Source: Octopus bimaculoides
Lineage: Eukaryota
Direction: 5' to 3'
DNA length: 44,831 bases
Assembly: GCF_001194135.2 (NCBI RefSeq)
Contig: NC_068993.1
Span: 6,363,574 to 6,408,404, forward strand
This document shows, piece after piece, positions 1 to 12,410 of the stretch. The notes below the pieces were generated by a model. It ran no database searches and was not told the origin of the DNA. It saw only the letters and a list, made by a program, of their open reading frames with translations. The first letter of the stretch is position 1, and every line of letters begins with the position of its first letter. A program made the translations under genes and the position numbers.

Positions 1-37
<37 letters not shown>

Positions 38-400
38 CATACATACATACATGTGTGTGTACGTGTGTGTGTATAAATTTGAATTCGAAATAGAAGCCGT
101 CTAATAGGCATGATCAACGACATATACTCAACTGCACTATGGCGTGGTAGAGAATAATCTCTCAAAGCACCGGGTGTTAAGACACCGAAATGTCACGGAC
201 AGGCGAGATAACTCACCTCTAATCCCACATAAGAGTCATGGCTATCAATGTCTCGCCATTTTTTTTTCTTTGTGGCTTGTCAACATCAGGTACCCGAACA
301 GGATCGGAGATGAATCATTTCACCATTCCACGACTTATATAAACATAGCGTGCAGACCACGTGCAGGTATGTTCCAAAAATGCGTATGTATGCGCGTAAG

Positions 401-500
401 ATAAAGTACCTTGCTCAAGGACACAACACGTCGCCAGGAATCAAACAACGACATTTCGATTGTGAACGGAATAGCCTACCTCTAAGCCACGTGCTTTCAC
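401..500 (-). mobile_element. SINE family D, 5' head fragment (tRNA-like head plus CORE-like segment)
   Basis: Reverse complement begins gtgaaagcacgtggcttagagg (A-box-like) and contains tgtgtccttgagcaag; homologous to 17725-17851 and 33728-33902. Confidence 0.7.
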
Positions 501-931
501 TTTTAAAATGATCCGCGGTAATTGAAATCAAAGTTATATCGATCAGTTAGCACAAACACATATTCGGGTTTATATAAAACGTAGAGGAATACAGAGAAAA
601 GGTCAAATAAAATATAAAAATAAAAAGCATAATATCTACGTTTTGAGATATATGATTCTGAAAGCGACAAGTAAATTGGTATCGGAATTAGATGACTTCA
701 AATATATTAAGTTAATTAAATCCTAAATTAAATTAATCAAAAGTTCCACTTAAAAATTAGACTTGGAGAAATCAAATCAGTCGTACAGAAAGTACGTACA
801 TAAAAGGAGTGGGAGAATTATGAGCTTAACATTTCCTTTGCTAGACTTATTTATGTAATCAGGATGATTAAGTTGTTTCAAATGTAGAAGGATAAAGACA
901 AACCTCGTTTTTAGATTTAAGATCTATGATA

Positions 932-1281
932 GGCGCAGGAGTAGCTGTGTGGTAAGTAGCTTGCTTACCAACCACATGGTTCCGGGTTCATTCCCACTGC
1001 ATAGCACCTTGAGCAAGTGTCTTCTACTATAGCCTCGGGCCGACGAAAGCCTTGTGAGTGGATTTGGTAGACGGAAACTGAAAGAAGCCTGTCGTATATA
1101 TGTATATATATGTATATATGTATGTGTGTGTATATGTCTGTGTGTCTGTGTTTGTTCCCTCAACATCGCTTGACAACCGATGCTGGTGTATTTACGTCCC
1201 CGTAACTTAGCGGTTCGGTAAAAGAGAGCGATAGAATAAGTACTAGGCTTTCAAAGAATAAGTCCTGGGGTCGATTTGCTC
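932..1281 (+). mobile_element. SINE family A, near full-length, cut by N gap
   Basis: ggcgcaggagtagctgtgtggtaag A-box and ggttcattccc B-box, CORE-like gcaccttgagcaagtgtctt, internal (TA/TG)n, then gtcctggggtcgat; about 10 homologues in the window. Confidence 0.9.
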
Positions 1282-2103
1282 NNNNNNNNNNNNNNNNNNN
1301 NNNNNNNNNNNNNNNNNNNNNNNNNNNNNNNNNNNNNNNNNNNNNNNNNNNNNNNNNNNNNNNNNNNNNNNNNNNNNNNNNNNNNNNNNNNNNNNNNNNN
1401 NNNNNNNNNNNNNNNNNNNNNNNNNNNNNNNNNNNNNNNNNNNNNNNNNNNNNNNNNNNNNNNNNNNNNNNNNNNNNNNNNNNNNNNNNNNNNNNNNNNN
1501 NNNNNNNNNNNNNNNNNNNNNNNNNNNNNNNNNNNNNNNNNNNNNNNNNNNNNNNNNNNNNNNNNNNNNNNNNNNNNNNNNNNNNNNNNNNNNNNNNNNN
1601 NNNNNNNNNNNNNNNNNNNNNNNNNNNNNNNNNNNNNNNNNNNNNNNNNNNNNNNNNNNNNNNNNNNNNNNNNNNNNNNNNNNNNNNNNNNNNNNNNNNN
1701 NNNNNNNNNNNNNNNNNNNNNNNNNNNNNNNNNNNNNNNNNNNNNNNNNNNNNNNNNNNNNNNNNNNNNNNNNNNNNNNNNNNNNNNNNNNNNNNNNNNN
1801 NNNNNNNNNNNNNNNNNNNNNNNNNNNNNNNNNNNNNNNNNNNNNNNNNNNNNNNNNNNNNNNNNNNNNNNNNNNNNNNNNNNNNNNNNNNNNNNNNNNN
1901 NNNNNNNNNNNNNNNNNNNNNNNNNNNNNNNNNNNNNNNNNNNNNNNNNNNNNNNNNNNNNNNNNNNNNNNNNNNNNNNNNNNNNNNNNNNNNNNNNNNN
2001 NNNNNNNNNNNNNNNNNNNNNNNNNNNNNNNNNNNNNNNNNNNNNNNNNNNNTATGTATGTATGTACGTACGTATGTATGTATGTATGTATGTATTGTAA
2101 CTG

Positions 2104-2139
<36 letters not shown>

Positions 2140-2539
2140 ATAGATGAGTGGATGGATATGACACTCTATTGTAATCAATCTGGTATTCAGGGATCACCAA
2201 GCGGTCTACTGCTTATCTGAAGAGATCAGAAATTCAATAGGCTCCAATATAATGTTGGACAAAATCCTAACTGGAATATCGCAACTAACCACCTGTTAAG
2301 GTTACACTCAAGGGAGATCAGCAGCAACAAATTCAGTTATTGATCAGCTTTATAATTATAAGTTTTCAACAAGGTCCTTCAATAAATAAGTAAAAAGTAA
2401 ATGAAATGAATCAAAAGTTGAAGTCGGTATGCCAGAATGGCTGCTGTCCAATAACTGAAACCATCGAAAGAATAAAAGAATAAAGAATATGTGCGTAATA
2501 TGTATGTATATTTATGCGTGTGTGTGTGTGTGTATACAT

Positions 2540-2572
<33 letters not shown>

Positions 2573-3183
2573 CATATAATATAGCATAATATCTATGTAT
2601 ATACATACATATTTATATATATGAAAACGCACTCAGATTTATATACAAGAATAATCAAAATGCATATATATATANNNNNNNNNNNNNNNNNNNNNNNNNN
2701 NNNNNNNNNNNNNNNNNNNNNNNNNNNNNNNNNNNNNNNNNNNNNNNNNNNNNNNNNNNNNNNNNNNNNNNNNNNNNNNNNNNNNNNNNNNNNNNNNNNN
2801 NNNNNNNNNNNNNNNNNNNNNNNNNNNNNNNNNNNNNNNNNNNNNNNNNNNNNNNNNNNNNNNNNNNNNNNNNNNNNNNNNNNNNNNNNNNNNNNNNNNN
2901 NNNNNNNNNNNNNNNNNNNNNNNNNNNNNNNNNNNNNNNNNNNNNNNNNNNNNNNNNNNNNNNNNNNNNNNNNNNNNNNNNNNNNNNNNNNNNNNNNNNN
3001 NNNNNNNNNNNNNNNNNNNNNNNNNNNNNNNNNNNNNNATATATATACGAACATACATGTGCGTATATGTGCGAGTGTGTGTGAGTGTGTGGAAAGGTGA
3101 CGTACGATTGATATTTTCAATATCACCTGCTTCCATATGCAATAGCATTCACTATTTACCCCTCTCTCTCTCTCTCTCTTTTT

Positions 3184-3215
<32 letters not shown>

Positions 3216-3663
3216 GCTCGCTCGCTCGCTATTTACCTATATATTTATCTGTGTATATCAATCTACATACACACACAAATCCTGTCCAATTCTTTATTCA
3301 CCCCGATATCCTACCCACATACCCACCCCTTCGATACACACTTTACATCGTAAATCGAAAACCAAATTCTCCTTCAACGTGCTTACACCTGCTAAGCAAA
3401 AACAAAAATACATCGCTTTTACATTAGAAACGGTTTCACAAGTTGCCACTCAGGAAGCTACATGCTGTCCATTCTCGATGACCAGACGATATCTGGAGCC
3501 TTTTCATGTCTTTAAGTAAGCATTCGATCATTGATCTTTCCACGTTTCTGCAAGTTTCTGAGACGTTACATAAATTGCTGAAAAACAAAAACGGCGTCTG
3601 GTTTTAGAAACATCTAAATTGTCCATTTCCATAGCTGTTAGTAAACAACAGCTTATTTACTAT

Positions 3664-4429
3664 ATTATCTGGTCATTAAGAATGAAATGTCCGATTTTCT
3701 TATACACTAAGTTTGACAGTCGTTAACTCTAATGTTTTATCCTGACAATTCTTTGTTTTACAACATTGAAGAGTTACATCATCACTTTTCGAAATTCATA
3801 GTGTCTGATTATATTGTGAGTTTTCTGTTGAAAATCAATTTTTGTGAACCCATGGATAGATAAAAAATTCGTGTTGTTTCTGAATATGAGATCCGTCGTG
3901 GAACCAATGCATCTCAGAACCATCAATGAGGTGTTTGGTAAAGATGTGGTGAATGAGCGCATTGGACGTCAATATTTTGAGACGTTCCGGTTTGGTGACT
4001 TTACTCTTGAAAATCAGTCCCGTGATTGACCTGAGACCAAGGTGGATAATGATAAGCTGGAAACTGTCGAGGAAACGGATACATCTCAAATTACGCGTGA
4101 GTTAGCTGCAAAGTTTGATGCTTCGATTCCAACTGTATTGGACCATTTGAAACAAGGTAAAGAAGCTGGGCAAGTGGGTATCACACAAACTGAACGAGCA
4201 TCAGATGACACGTCGTTCTTCGCTGTTCTTTGCTGTCACAGCATAAAAGCGAACCATTTTTGCATCGTATTGTTACAAGTGATGAAAAATGGATAATTTT
4301 TAACAATAGCAAGCGTTCTGCACGGTGGTTGGACAGAAACCACGTTCCAAAACACAATCCCAAAAAGAATATTAACTAAAAAGTTAATGGCGTCAGGTGG
4401 TCCAGCGCTGGTGTCATCCACTACAGCTT
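3664..4429 (+). mobile_element. Mariner DNA transposon fossil, 5' half
   Basis: TIR-like tatctggtcattaagaatgaaatgtccgatttt near 3664-3698, followed by a decayed transposase; truncated at a (TA)n tract with no 3' TIR seen. Confidence 0.85.
3852..4429 (+). pseudogene. Mariner transposase pseudogene (N-terminal HTH to first catalytic Asp), with frameshifts and stops
   Basis: Translated segments TINEVFGKDVVNER, FRFGDFTLENQSRD*PETKVDNDKL, TRELAAKFDASIPTVLDHLKQ, KKLGKWVSHKL (WVPHEL motif), EPFLHRIVTSDEKWI (TGDEKW motif) and AGVIHYS; typical of Hsmar1/cecropia-type mariners. Confidence 0.9.
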
Positions 4430-4937
4430 ACGCATATACATATAAAGAATACATACATACATATATATATAAATATATATATATATATANNNNNNNNNNG
4501 AATAGCATTTAATGAAAGACAAAGACAGAAGTAGGAAGACGGGCTAACAAACAAGAAGAGGAATAGATAAATATATTAGATTAGTGGGTCAGAAGGCATC
4601 AGGGGATGTATTATTAGATCGATTTTAATTCTGTTTTGTTGTTTGTTTTTTAATTACAATGTAAGAAATGAAAATTTAATAAATGCTAATTTTATGTCAG
4701 ACTAGTTTGGCTTTCTTGGCTTTTTACCTTTTTATTGTTGATTTTCGAAAGGATTTTGTTGAGTTTATTTGTATTTTTTTTATTTCGTTTTTTTTTTTGT
4801 TTGTTTTTTTGCTTTTATTTTCTCTGCTTCGGTATGAAAACTAATATTCAATAAATAACCCTAACCTTAATCTAACCCTCTGCGTTTTATTATCATCATC
4901 ATCATCATTGTTATTATCCTTANNNNNNNNNNTATCC

Positions 4938-4982
<45 letters not shown>

Positions 4983-5200
4983 CAGTTCCATGAGTCAAAG
5001 TGTGATGATTAATCATGGATGTCTTCTAGGCAAATTCATTTTTGTCATTTCTGCGAGACGAGTATTTCTTGGTTATTTGCTTGTATACATGTGTTAGCTT
5101 GTTATGGACGCAAAGCGACAAAAGTCTGTATATATGTATATATGCATATATGTATGTATATATATTTATCTATATCTATCTATACATACATATACATATA

Positions 5201-5416
5201 TGTGAATTGGTAGACGGAAACAGAAAGAAGCCTGTCATATGTACATATGTGTAAGCATGTTCCTACCACCATTGGACAACTGACTCTGTAAAAGAAACCA
5301 GTAGAACGGGTACCTTGCTTTGAAAATAAGAACTGAGCTTGCTTCATTCGACTGAAATTCTTCAAGGCGGTTGCCCCAGTATGGTCGCTGCCCAATGACT
5401 GTAAAAAATGAAAGAT
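5201..5416 (+). mobile_element. SINE family A, degenerate middle and 3' part
   Basis: ggtagacggaaacagaaagaagcctgtc and caaggcggttgccccagtatggtcgc match family A body and tail. Confidence 0.6.
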
Positions 5417-5524
5417 ATTGTATATCATTTCTACGGAGTGGTTTGCTTGGCCTTTTCGTCGTTGATCGACGGCATTGCAGGAACAGTGACTTAAACATCT
5501 CTTCTATGTCTTGCCTGTTTACAG

Positions 5525-5609
5525 GACCATGTACCGAGCTCCAAGTACACCTCTTACCACATCTCTTCCGAAAGACAAATCAAAAGAATCACAGCATTCA
5601 CGGATCCGC
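5525..5609 (+). other. Candidate 85-nt exon (unverified)
   Basis: Pyrimidine-rich acceptor ...tcttgcctgtttacag at 5524, donor GTAAGG at 5610; open in all three frames; no recognisable homology. Confidence 0.2.
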
Positions 5610-5730
5610 GTAAGGATGCTTCCTGTCGATGAAGTATAACCGTAAATGTCTGCCTTGGAGTCTCTCGCTCCTGATTTTTTGTTTCTGATATTGATCTCTA
5701 CGTCCTTTATTGATTTCTACAACCTCCGCC

Positions 5731-5853
5731 CCTGATGAAGGCTGGAGGGCATATCAGCAGAAAGGTTGTGTTCACAACAAACAAGATGAGGGCAAATATC
5801 CGTCAAATGTAAATAATGTATAAGATAGATATGTTAAAAAAAGAACTAAGGGA
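5731..5853 (+). mobile_element. SINE family C 3' fragment, unit 1 (starts at hammerhead core)
   Basis: cctgatgaaggctggagggcatatcagcagaaaggttgtgttcacaacaaacaagatgagg... is homologous to the 3' part of 29499-29730 (-). Confidence 0.85.
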
Positions 5854-5982
5854 CCTGATAAAGGTGGAGGGTATATCAGCCGAAAGGTTGTGTTAACAAC
5901 AAACAAGATGAGGACAAATATCTGCCAAATGTAAATAATGTAAACAATGTATAAAATAGATATGTTAAAAAAAGAATTAAGG
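5854..5982 (+). mobile_element. SINE family C 3' fragment, unit 2 (tandem, period 123 nt)
   Basis: cctgataaaggtggagggtatatcagccgaaaggttgtgttaacaacaaacaagatgaggac...; shares the downstream atagatatgttaaaaaaagaa with unit 1. Confidence 0.85.
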
Positions 5983-6755
5983 CAATAATTGGAGATGAAA
6001 GAAAAATAAAGTTCACAGATGCATCTGTCAATCCTTACTACCCCTTTTATGCCCCTATACTTTTTTCCCATATTAACCATTCCATCACTCTCAAGTGATT
6101 GGTACCATTCAATTTGAGATGCAGTTATTCATCCCTGTTCAACACTGAAAATATTGCATGATCACAGCTGAAATAACTTTCATCATAGATTTGCTCCATC
6201 AAGTTTGAATGGAGTTAAATAACAAAACTGGAAAAAGAAAAGGATTCTCTTTGAACCATTACTGTACTCTAGACCGTGTGTTGAGTTTGTTTGTACAGAT
6301 GCGAGTGTGTTTGTATGTATGTATGTATGTATTCACATCCAATAAAGTTAACATGTCTCTGCGTGTATGCGCGTTATATATTATATAAATAATATATTAT
6401 ATATGTACGTGTGCTTGTGGGCGTATATAGTGTGCACGGGTGTTTTATACATTTCCTACACACACACTTATGTATGTATGTGTGAATACATACCTAAGTA
6501 TATATTAAGTATATGTATGCATGCATACTCATATATATATATATATATANNNNNNNNNNNNNNNNNNNNNNNNNNNNNNNNNNNNNNNNNNNNNNNNNNN
6601 NNNNNNNNNNNNNNNNNNNNNNNNNNNNNNNNNNNNNNNNNNNNNNNNNNNNNNNNNNNNNNNNNNNNNNNNNNNNNNNNNNNNNNNNNNNNNNNNNNNN
6701 NNNNNNNNNNNNNNNNNNNNNNNNNNNNNNNNNNNNNNNNNNNNNNNNNNNNNNN

Positions 6756-6787
<32 letters not shown>

Positions 6788-7226
6788 TGTATGCATGTAT
6801 GCATGTATTATTGTATGTATATCCATATATATGTAAGTGTGAGAGTATGTGTGTGCGTGTGTGCGCAAGATCAAATACATACATCAACAAAAATTCTAAT
6901 GGATTTCTCTAAGTGAAGAAAGTAACACAACGTTAATTGAATAAATAGATACAGCCTGTTAAGAATCAAACTTATAATTTCCTACTTAAATATTTATATT
7001 TGTCTTCACAGACACACATATATACATATACACTCTCCCTTTCTTTGTATTTCTCTCTGTCTTTCTCTCTCTCCTGTCTCTTTCTCTCTTACCCTCTCTA
7101 TTTCATTTATTCCATCTGCTTTATTCGACTTTACTACAAAACTCGTGTCTAAAAGGTATCGCACCCACGTATATCGCACAATTCGTTTAACCAAAGCGTA
7201 CCTGCTTCCAGAGCATTCGTCTGAAC

Positions 7227-7430
7227 CAGTAGTTCTCAACCGGGGACCACATGACCCTTAGGGTCATGTAAGATTTTGTTGTTAAAATTTATGTGCGATA
7301 AATTCCTTATATTTTTACGTTATATAAAACATTTTAACAATTTATACAATTCCTAATAATATTTAATAATAAAAATATAGTAGGATTTGAACAGCCGTTT
7401 CAATTAAGTCTAAGGATGAAAATAACAATT
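7227..7430 (+). mobile_element. hAT/Charlie-like MITE fragment
   Basis: Starts with cagtagttctcaaccgggg, a typical hAT-Charlie terminus (CAGTGGTTCTCAAC); opposite TIR not found. Confidence 0.5.
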
Positions 7431-7876
7431 ATTAAATCCTTATATTAGGCAAAATCTCATCCCCAAATACAACAATATATATANNNNNNNNNNNNNNNNN
7501 NNNNNNNNNNNNNNNNNNNNNNNNNNNNNNNNNNNNNNNNNNNNNNNNNNNNNNNNNNNNNNNNNNNNNNNNNNNNNNNNNNNNNNNNNNNNNNNNNNNN
7601 NNNNNNNNNNNNNNNNNNNNNNNNNNNNNNNNNNNNNNNNNNNNNNNNNNNNNNNNNNNNNNNNNNNNNNNNNNNNNNNNNNNNNNNNNNNNNNNNNNNN
7701 NNNNNNNNNNNNNNNNNNNNNNNNNNNNNNNNNNNNNNNNNNNNNNNNNNNNNNNNNNNNNNNNNNNNNNNNNNNNNNNNNNNNNNNNNNNNNNNNNNNN
7801 NNNNNNNNNNNNNNNNNNNNNNNNNNNNNNNNNNNNNNNNNNNNNNNNNNNNNNNNNNNNNNNNNNNNNNNNNNNN

Positions 7877-7919
<43 letters not shown>

Positions 7920-8109
7920 TATAACTGAATATGTGCGCACACGCTCATAAAAACGCTGTTGTTTATATTATAACTCATGTTACCTGTGTATATAGATCAT
8001 TTATATATTTGAAAGATTGCATTATTCCTCCTATTAAAGTAATATTGGAAATTTAACAGTAAATATCATTCCTATTAAATATATCGAAACACATTATATC
8101 ATTAAAGGA

Positions 8110-8164
8110 TTATCATTATTATCATTATTATTATTATCATTATTATTACTACTACTACTACTAC

Positions 8165-8213
<49 letters not shown>

Positions 8214-8230
8214 TATGATAATGATAATAA
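8110..8230. repeat. Compound (ATT)n/(ACT)n/(AAT)n microsatellite
   Basis: Directly visible. Confidence 0.95.
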
Positions 8231-8468
8231 TATCATTACTAATATACCTGGTGGATATACACAAAGGAAATAAAATGAAGAATGCTTTATGACTTCGATT
8301 CTTGATAACAATTCCTGTTTATTTGTTTAATATAACCAAAGATGTATTTTGCAGATTTGTAATAAAAAACAATATTGATGACGACAAAGACGACGACAAA
8401 AGCATTGGCGACGATGATTATGGTCATGATGATGATGATGATCACAGGGGGTTTATGTTACATTGCTA

Positions 8469-8470
<2 letters not shown>

Positions 8471-8535
<65 letters not shown>
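8471..8535. repeat. (GT)n microsatellite
   Basis: Directly visible. Confidence 0.95.
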
Positions 8536-8537
<2 letters not shown>

Positions 8538-10315
8538 ATGTATGTAGATAGATAGACAGACAGACAGATACATACATACATGCATATATACATAGGTAGA
8601 CAGAGAGACACACATGTACATTTAACTACATGTTTATATATATGTGTGTATATACGCGTATATACAAAAATACATCCATGTGTATATATATATATGTATG
8701 TATGTATATATATATATTTATACACATACTTAAACACATATATATGTATATCCCTATATATATATATATATATNNNNNNNNNNNNNNNNNNNNNNNNNNN
8801 NNNNNNNNNNNNNNNNNNNNNNNNNNNNNNNNNNNNNNNNNNNNNNNNNNNNNNNNNNNNNNNNNNNNNNNNNNNNNNNNNNNNNNNNNNNNNNNNNNNN
8901 NNNNNNNNNNNNNNNNNNNNNNNNNNNNNNNNNNNNNNNNNNNNNNNNNNNNNNNNNNNNNNNNNNNNNNNNNNNNNNNNNNNNNNNNNNNNNNNNNNNN
9001 NNNNNNNNNNNNNNNNNNNNNNNNNNNNNNNNNNNNNNNNNNNNNNNNNNNNNNNNNNNNNNNNNNNNNNNNNNNNNNNNNNNNNNNNNNNNNNNNNNNN
9101 NNNNNNNNNNNNNNNNNNNNNNNNNNNNNNNNNNNNNNNNNNNNNNNNNNNNNNNNNNNNNNNNNNNNNNNNNNNNNNNNNNNNNNNNNNNNNNNNNNNN
9201 NNNNNNNNNNNNNNNNNNNNNNNNNNNNNNNNNNNNNNNNNNNNNNNNNNNNNNNNNNNNNNNNNNNNNNNNNNNNNNNNNNNNNNNNNNNNNNNNNNNN
9301 NNNNNNNNNNNNNNNNNNNNNNNNNNNNNNNNNNNNNNNNNNNNNNNNNNNNNNNNNNNNNNNNNNNNNNNNNNNNNNNNNNNNNNNNNNNNNNNNNNNN
9401 NNNNNNNNNNNNNNNNNNNNNNNNNNNNNNNNNNNNNNNNNNNNNNNNNNNNNNNNNNNNNNNNNNNNNNNNNNNNNNNNNNNNNNNNNNNNNNNNNNNN
9501 NNNNNNNNNNNNNNNNNNNNNNNNNNNNNNNNNNNNNNNNNNNNNNNNNNNNNNNNNNNNNNNNNNNNNNNNNNNNNNNNNNNNNNNNNNNNNNNNNNNN
9601 NNNNNNNNNNNNNNNNNNNNNNNNNNNNNNNNNNNNNNNNNNNNNNNNNNNNNNNNNNNNNNNNNNNNNNNNNNNNNNNNNNNNNNNNNTGTGTGTGTGT
9701 GTGTGTGGAATAAAGACAAAGTAGAAAATGCTAAAATACTTTTATAAAGAACATTACAGAACCGGGTTCGATCCTTGAGATCTTTTCAACAGTAAATATG
9801 AATAAAAAATTATTGAAAAACTAAATTTTGGTAAATTTAAAAGAAAAGTTTTTTTAAAGACATATTTGTATTGTATTCAAATAACAGGGGCATTTTTCTT
9901 GTTTCTGCCTGTCTTTGTTTCACTTGTTAACTCTTGTGGGTATATATATATATATATATATATATATACGTGTGTGTGTGTGTGTGTGTGTTTGTGTATA
10001 TATGCATATATAAATATATTATATATATATATATACATGGACAGAAATTGTTCACTCGTTGAAAAACTTTAGAGTGGTATTTCTGCCATTTCTTTGCATT
10101 CTAAGTTCAAATCTTCCGCCATGGTCAAGTTTTCTACTCATACAGATTACCACCCAAGTAAGTTCTGGGGACAATAATATCCACTACATAACTCCTTTTA
10201 AAATTGCTAAATATATATTTTTCTATCGGTCGCACATGCATACGGTATGTGTTTGGCTTCTACGCCAAATTTTGCTGCGTGATAGCATCGACACCCCGGA
10301 TGTTATCCCGCAATT

Positions 10316-10548
<233 letters not shown>

Positions 10549-10609
10549 ATTACGTAATCTCTTTGTAGTTATTTGAGCTTGTTTAATTAACAGTTAGATT
10601 TGTTCCGAA

Positions 10610-10770
10610 CCGAAGTACAATCTAGCATCTTCAGAAGGATACATAGAATAATATACTCCAAGGAACACAATGCCTGAATTATAAACAAAGGTGAAAGACA
10701 TTCCACAGTTGGAATGCCTTTCATCATTTGCCTCACTTGATCAGGGCAAACTCTGTGTTAAACACAACTA
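10610..10770 (+). mobile_element. Degenerate 3' part of another interspersed repeat (family E)
   Basis: cacagttggaatgcctttcatc resembles cacggttggagcgcctttgatc near 17282-17302. Confidence 0.4.
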
Positions 10771-11724
10771 TGAGACATTCATTGACAAACGCCGCCCTTT
10801 AATAACGTTAACTCGATCCTTAAGCATTCTACTGTATCTTACACATTGTTAAACGCTTTATTTTGGTATTGTCGCCATTTTACTTACAAGTGTAATTTAA
10901 GACATTCCAGTTGTTTGTTTATTTGCCAAAGATATAACATTATGACACAGCAAATGATAAATACAATGCAAAATATGACAGACAGCGAGAAGTGAACGCA
11001 ACAAAGCCATGAGGGATTTCAATATACCTCAATAATTTTGTTGCAGCAAGCTGTATTATAAATTGTAGCTTCAGGTCGTGAAGTTTAAGGTTTGAGAAAA
11101 TAACTCGAATATCAGGCTGGGAATATCGGAGAATGATCTTAGATATTTAAGATGAAATATCGTTGAAACTTTGAAATAACTGATTAGTAATAAGATATCA
11201 GCAACATTCAGTAAAGTAATCGATACAACAACCATTAAATATACACTGATTCCAATAAACGAAAGCTTATCTCTAGACACTTCAGCTTCATATTCCATAT
11301 TCATTCGTGGACTATCTCCTCGCTTCAGCAAATAAATATTCAGCAACACACAACTGTGCAATGTTGTTAGTTCGACGCTTTCTCGTGACATGGAAATTCA
11401 GATCTATCCATGATTTCGAAGATCTGGTTGCATACGTTACCGTAGCATCCTCTACCTGTCTCTGTCACCGCTTTTCCTATCTCACAAGAGTTCTAAAGAA
11501 TGTGTGATGGTGTTAATGCTGGTGTCTTGTTTTTTTTATTTCTGACCAACCAGAATTAGGAGTATTGTAATGGCCAGTCCCACGTTCTTGTCCTTCGAAC
11601 TGGTATTGGCCAGGTGCAACAATTGCCACGAACCCCGTAGTTACAGGTTTTGTATAGAGTTGCCTTCTCTTAGATGAGCAGCTAAAAAACTGAACAGTCC
11701 CATCCAGTAGCAGACCTGTACTTT

Positions 11725-11960
11725 ATTTTATCAAAGTTAGGAAAGTGGAAAAATAATATTAAAGTTGATCTCGATAGGATTTGAACTCAGAATGAAAAGG
11801 GTTGGAAAAAATACCACAAAGTATTTAATGAAGTTCGCTGCTCTGGTGCCTGAAATTCGGGGGAAGGGAACTAGTCGTTTATATTGACCCCAATTTTCAT
11901 TTCATCAACCCTCATCTAAGTCGACCTTGATGGAATTTGAACTCAGAACATGAAGACGGG
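11725..11960 (-). mobile_element. Two degenerate SINE family B fragments
   Basis: aaagttgatctcgataggatttgaactcagaa and aagtcgaccttgatggaatttgaactcagaac (reverse-strand B-box region). Confidence 0.6.
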
Positions 11961-12410
11961 AGAAAAGATATGAATGATAAAATAAAAATAAAAAAGTAAG
12001 AACGCAGGAAATGAGAGAAAAGCCAAGACATCCGAAGCTGCACGTGATTTTCTTTTCTTTTCTTTTTTTGACAGTGGGGTTAATCAAAGAACGAGAAAAA
12101 ATACCTGAGTTTTTGGTAGTGCTACGAAGATTGGTAAAAGAAAAGAGAAGTTAGTGTTTGAACCGGAGATCTGACCCGAATGTTATCAGCACTAAAGGGC
12201 TGAAGAAATGGAGGGCCAGGTTAAACTGCAAGAAGGGACTACCTCGACCTCCCAATGAGGTAATACAATTCATACGAAATAATAATTTAAAAATTAAAAG
12301 AATACTATGAACTTAATTGATAACGAATAGAGGAACAGAACAGAATATTACCAATATTAAAGAATTTAAAAACTTTCAAGGAGATCCCCCTTTCCAACCA
12401 TGGATACTAA

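Noticed and set aside
3400-3660. Minus-strand NVSETCRNV / FLSGNL peptides suggesting a second mariner
   Set aside because: Too short and broken to support by eye.
4856-4879. taaccctaaccttaatctaaccct telomere-like repeat
   Set aside because: Only four imperfect units.
12165-12259. Open frame ...KGLKKWRARLNCKKGLPRPPNE ending at a GT
   Set aside because: Upstream sequence is purine-rich with no acceptor; no homology recognised.
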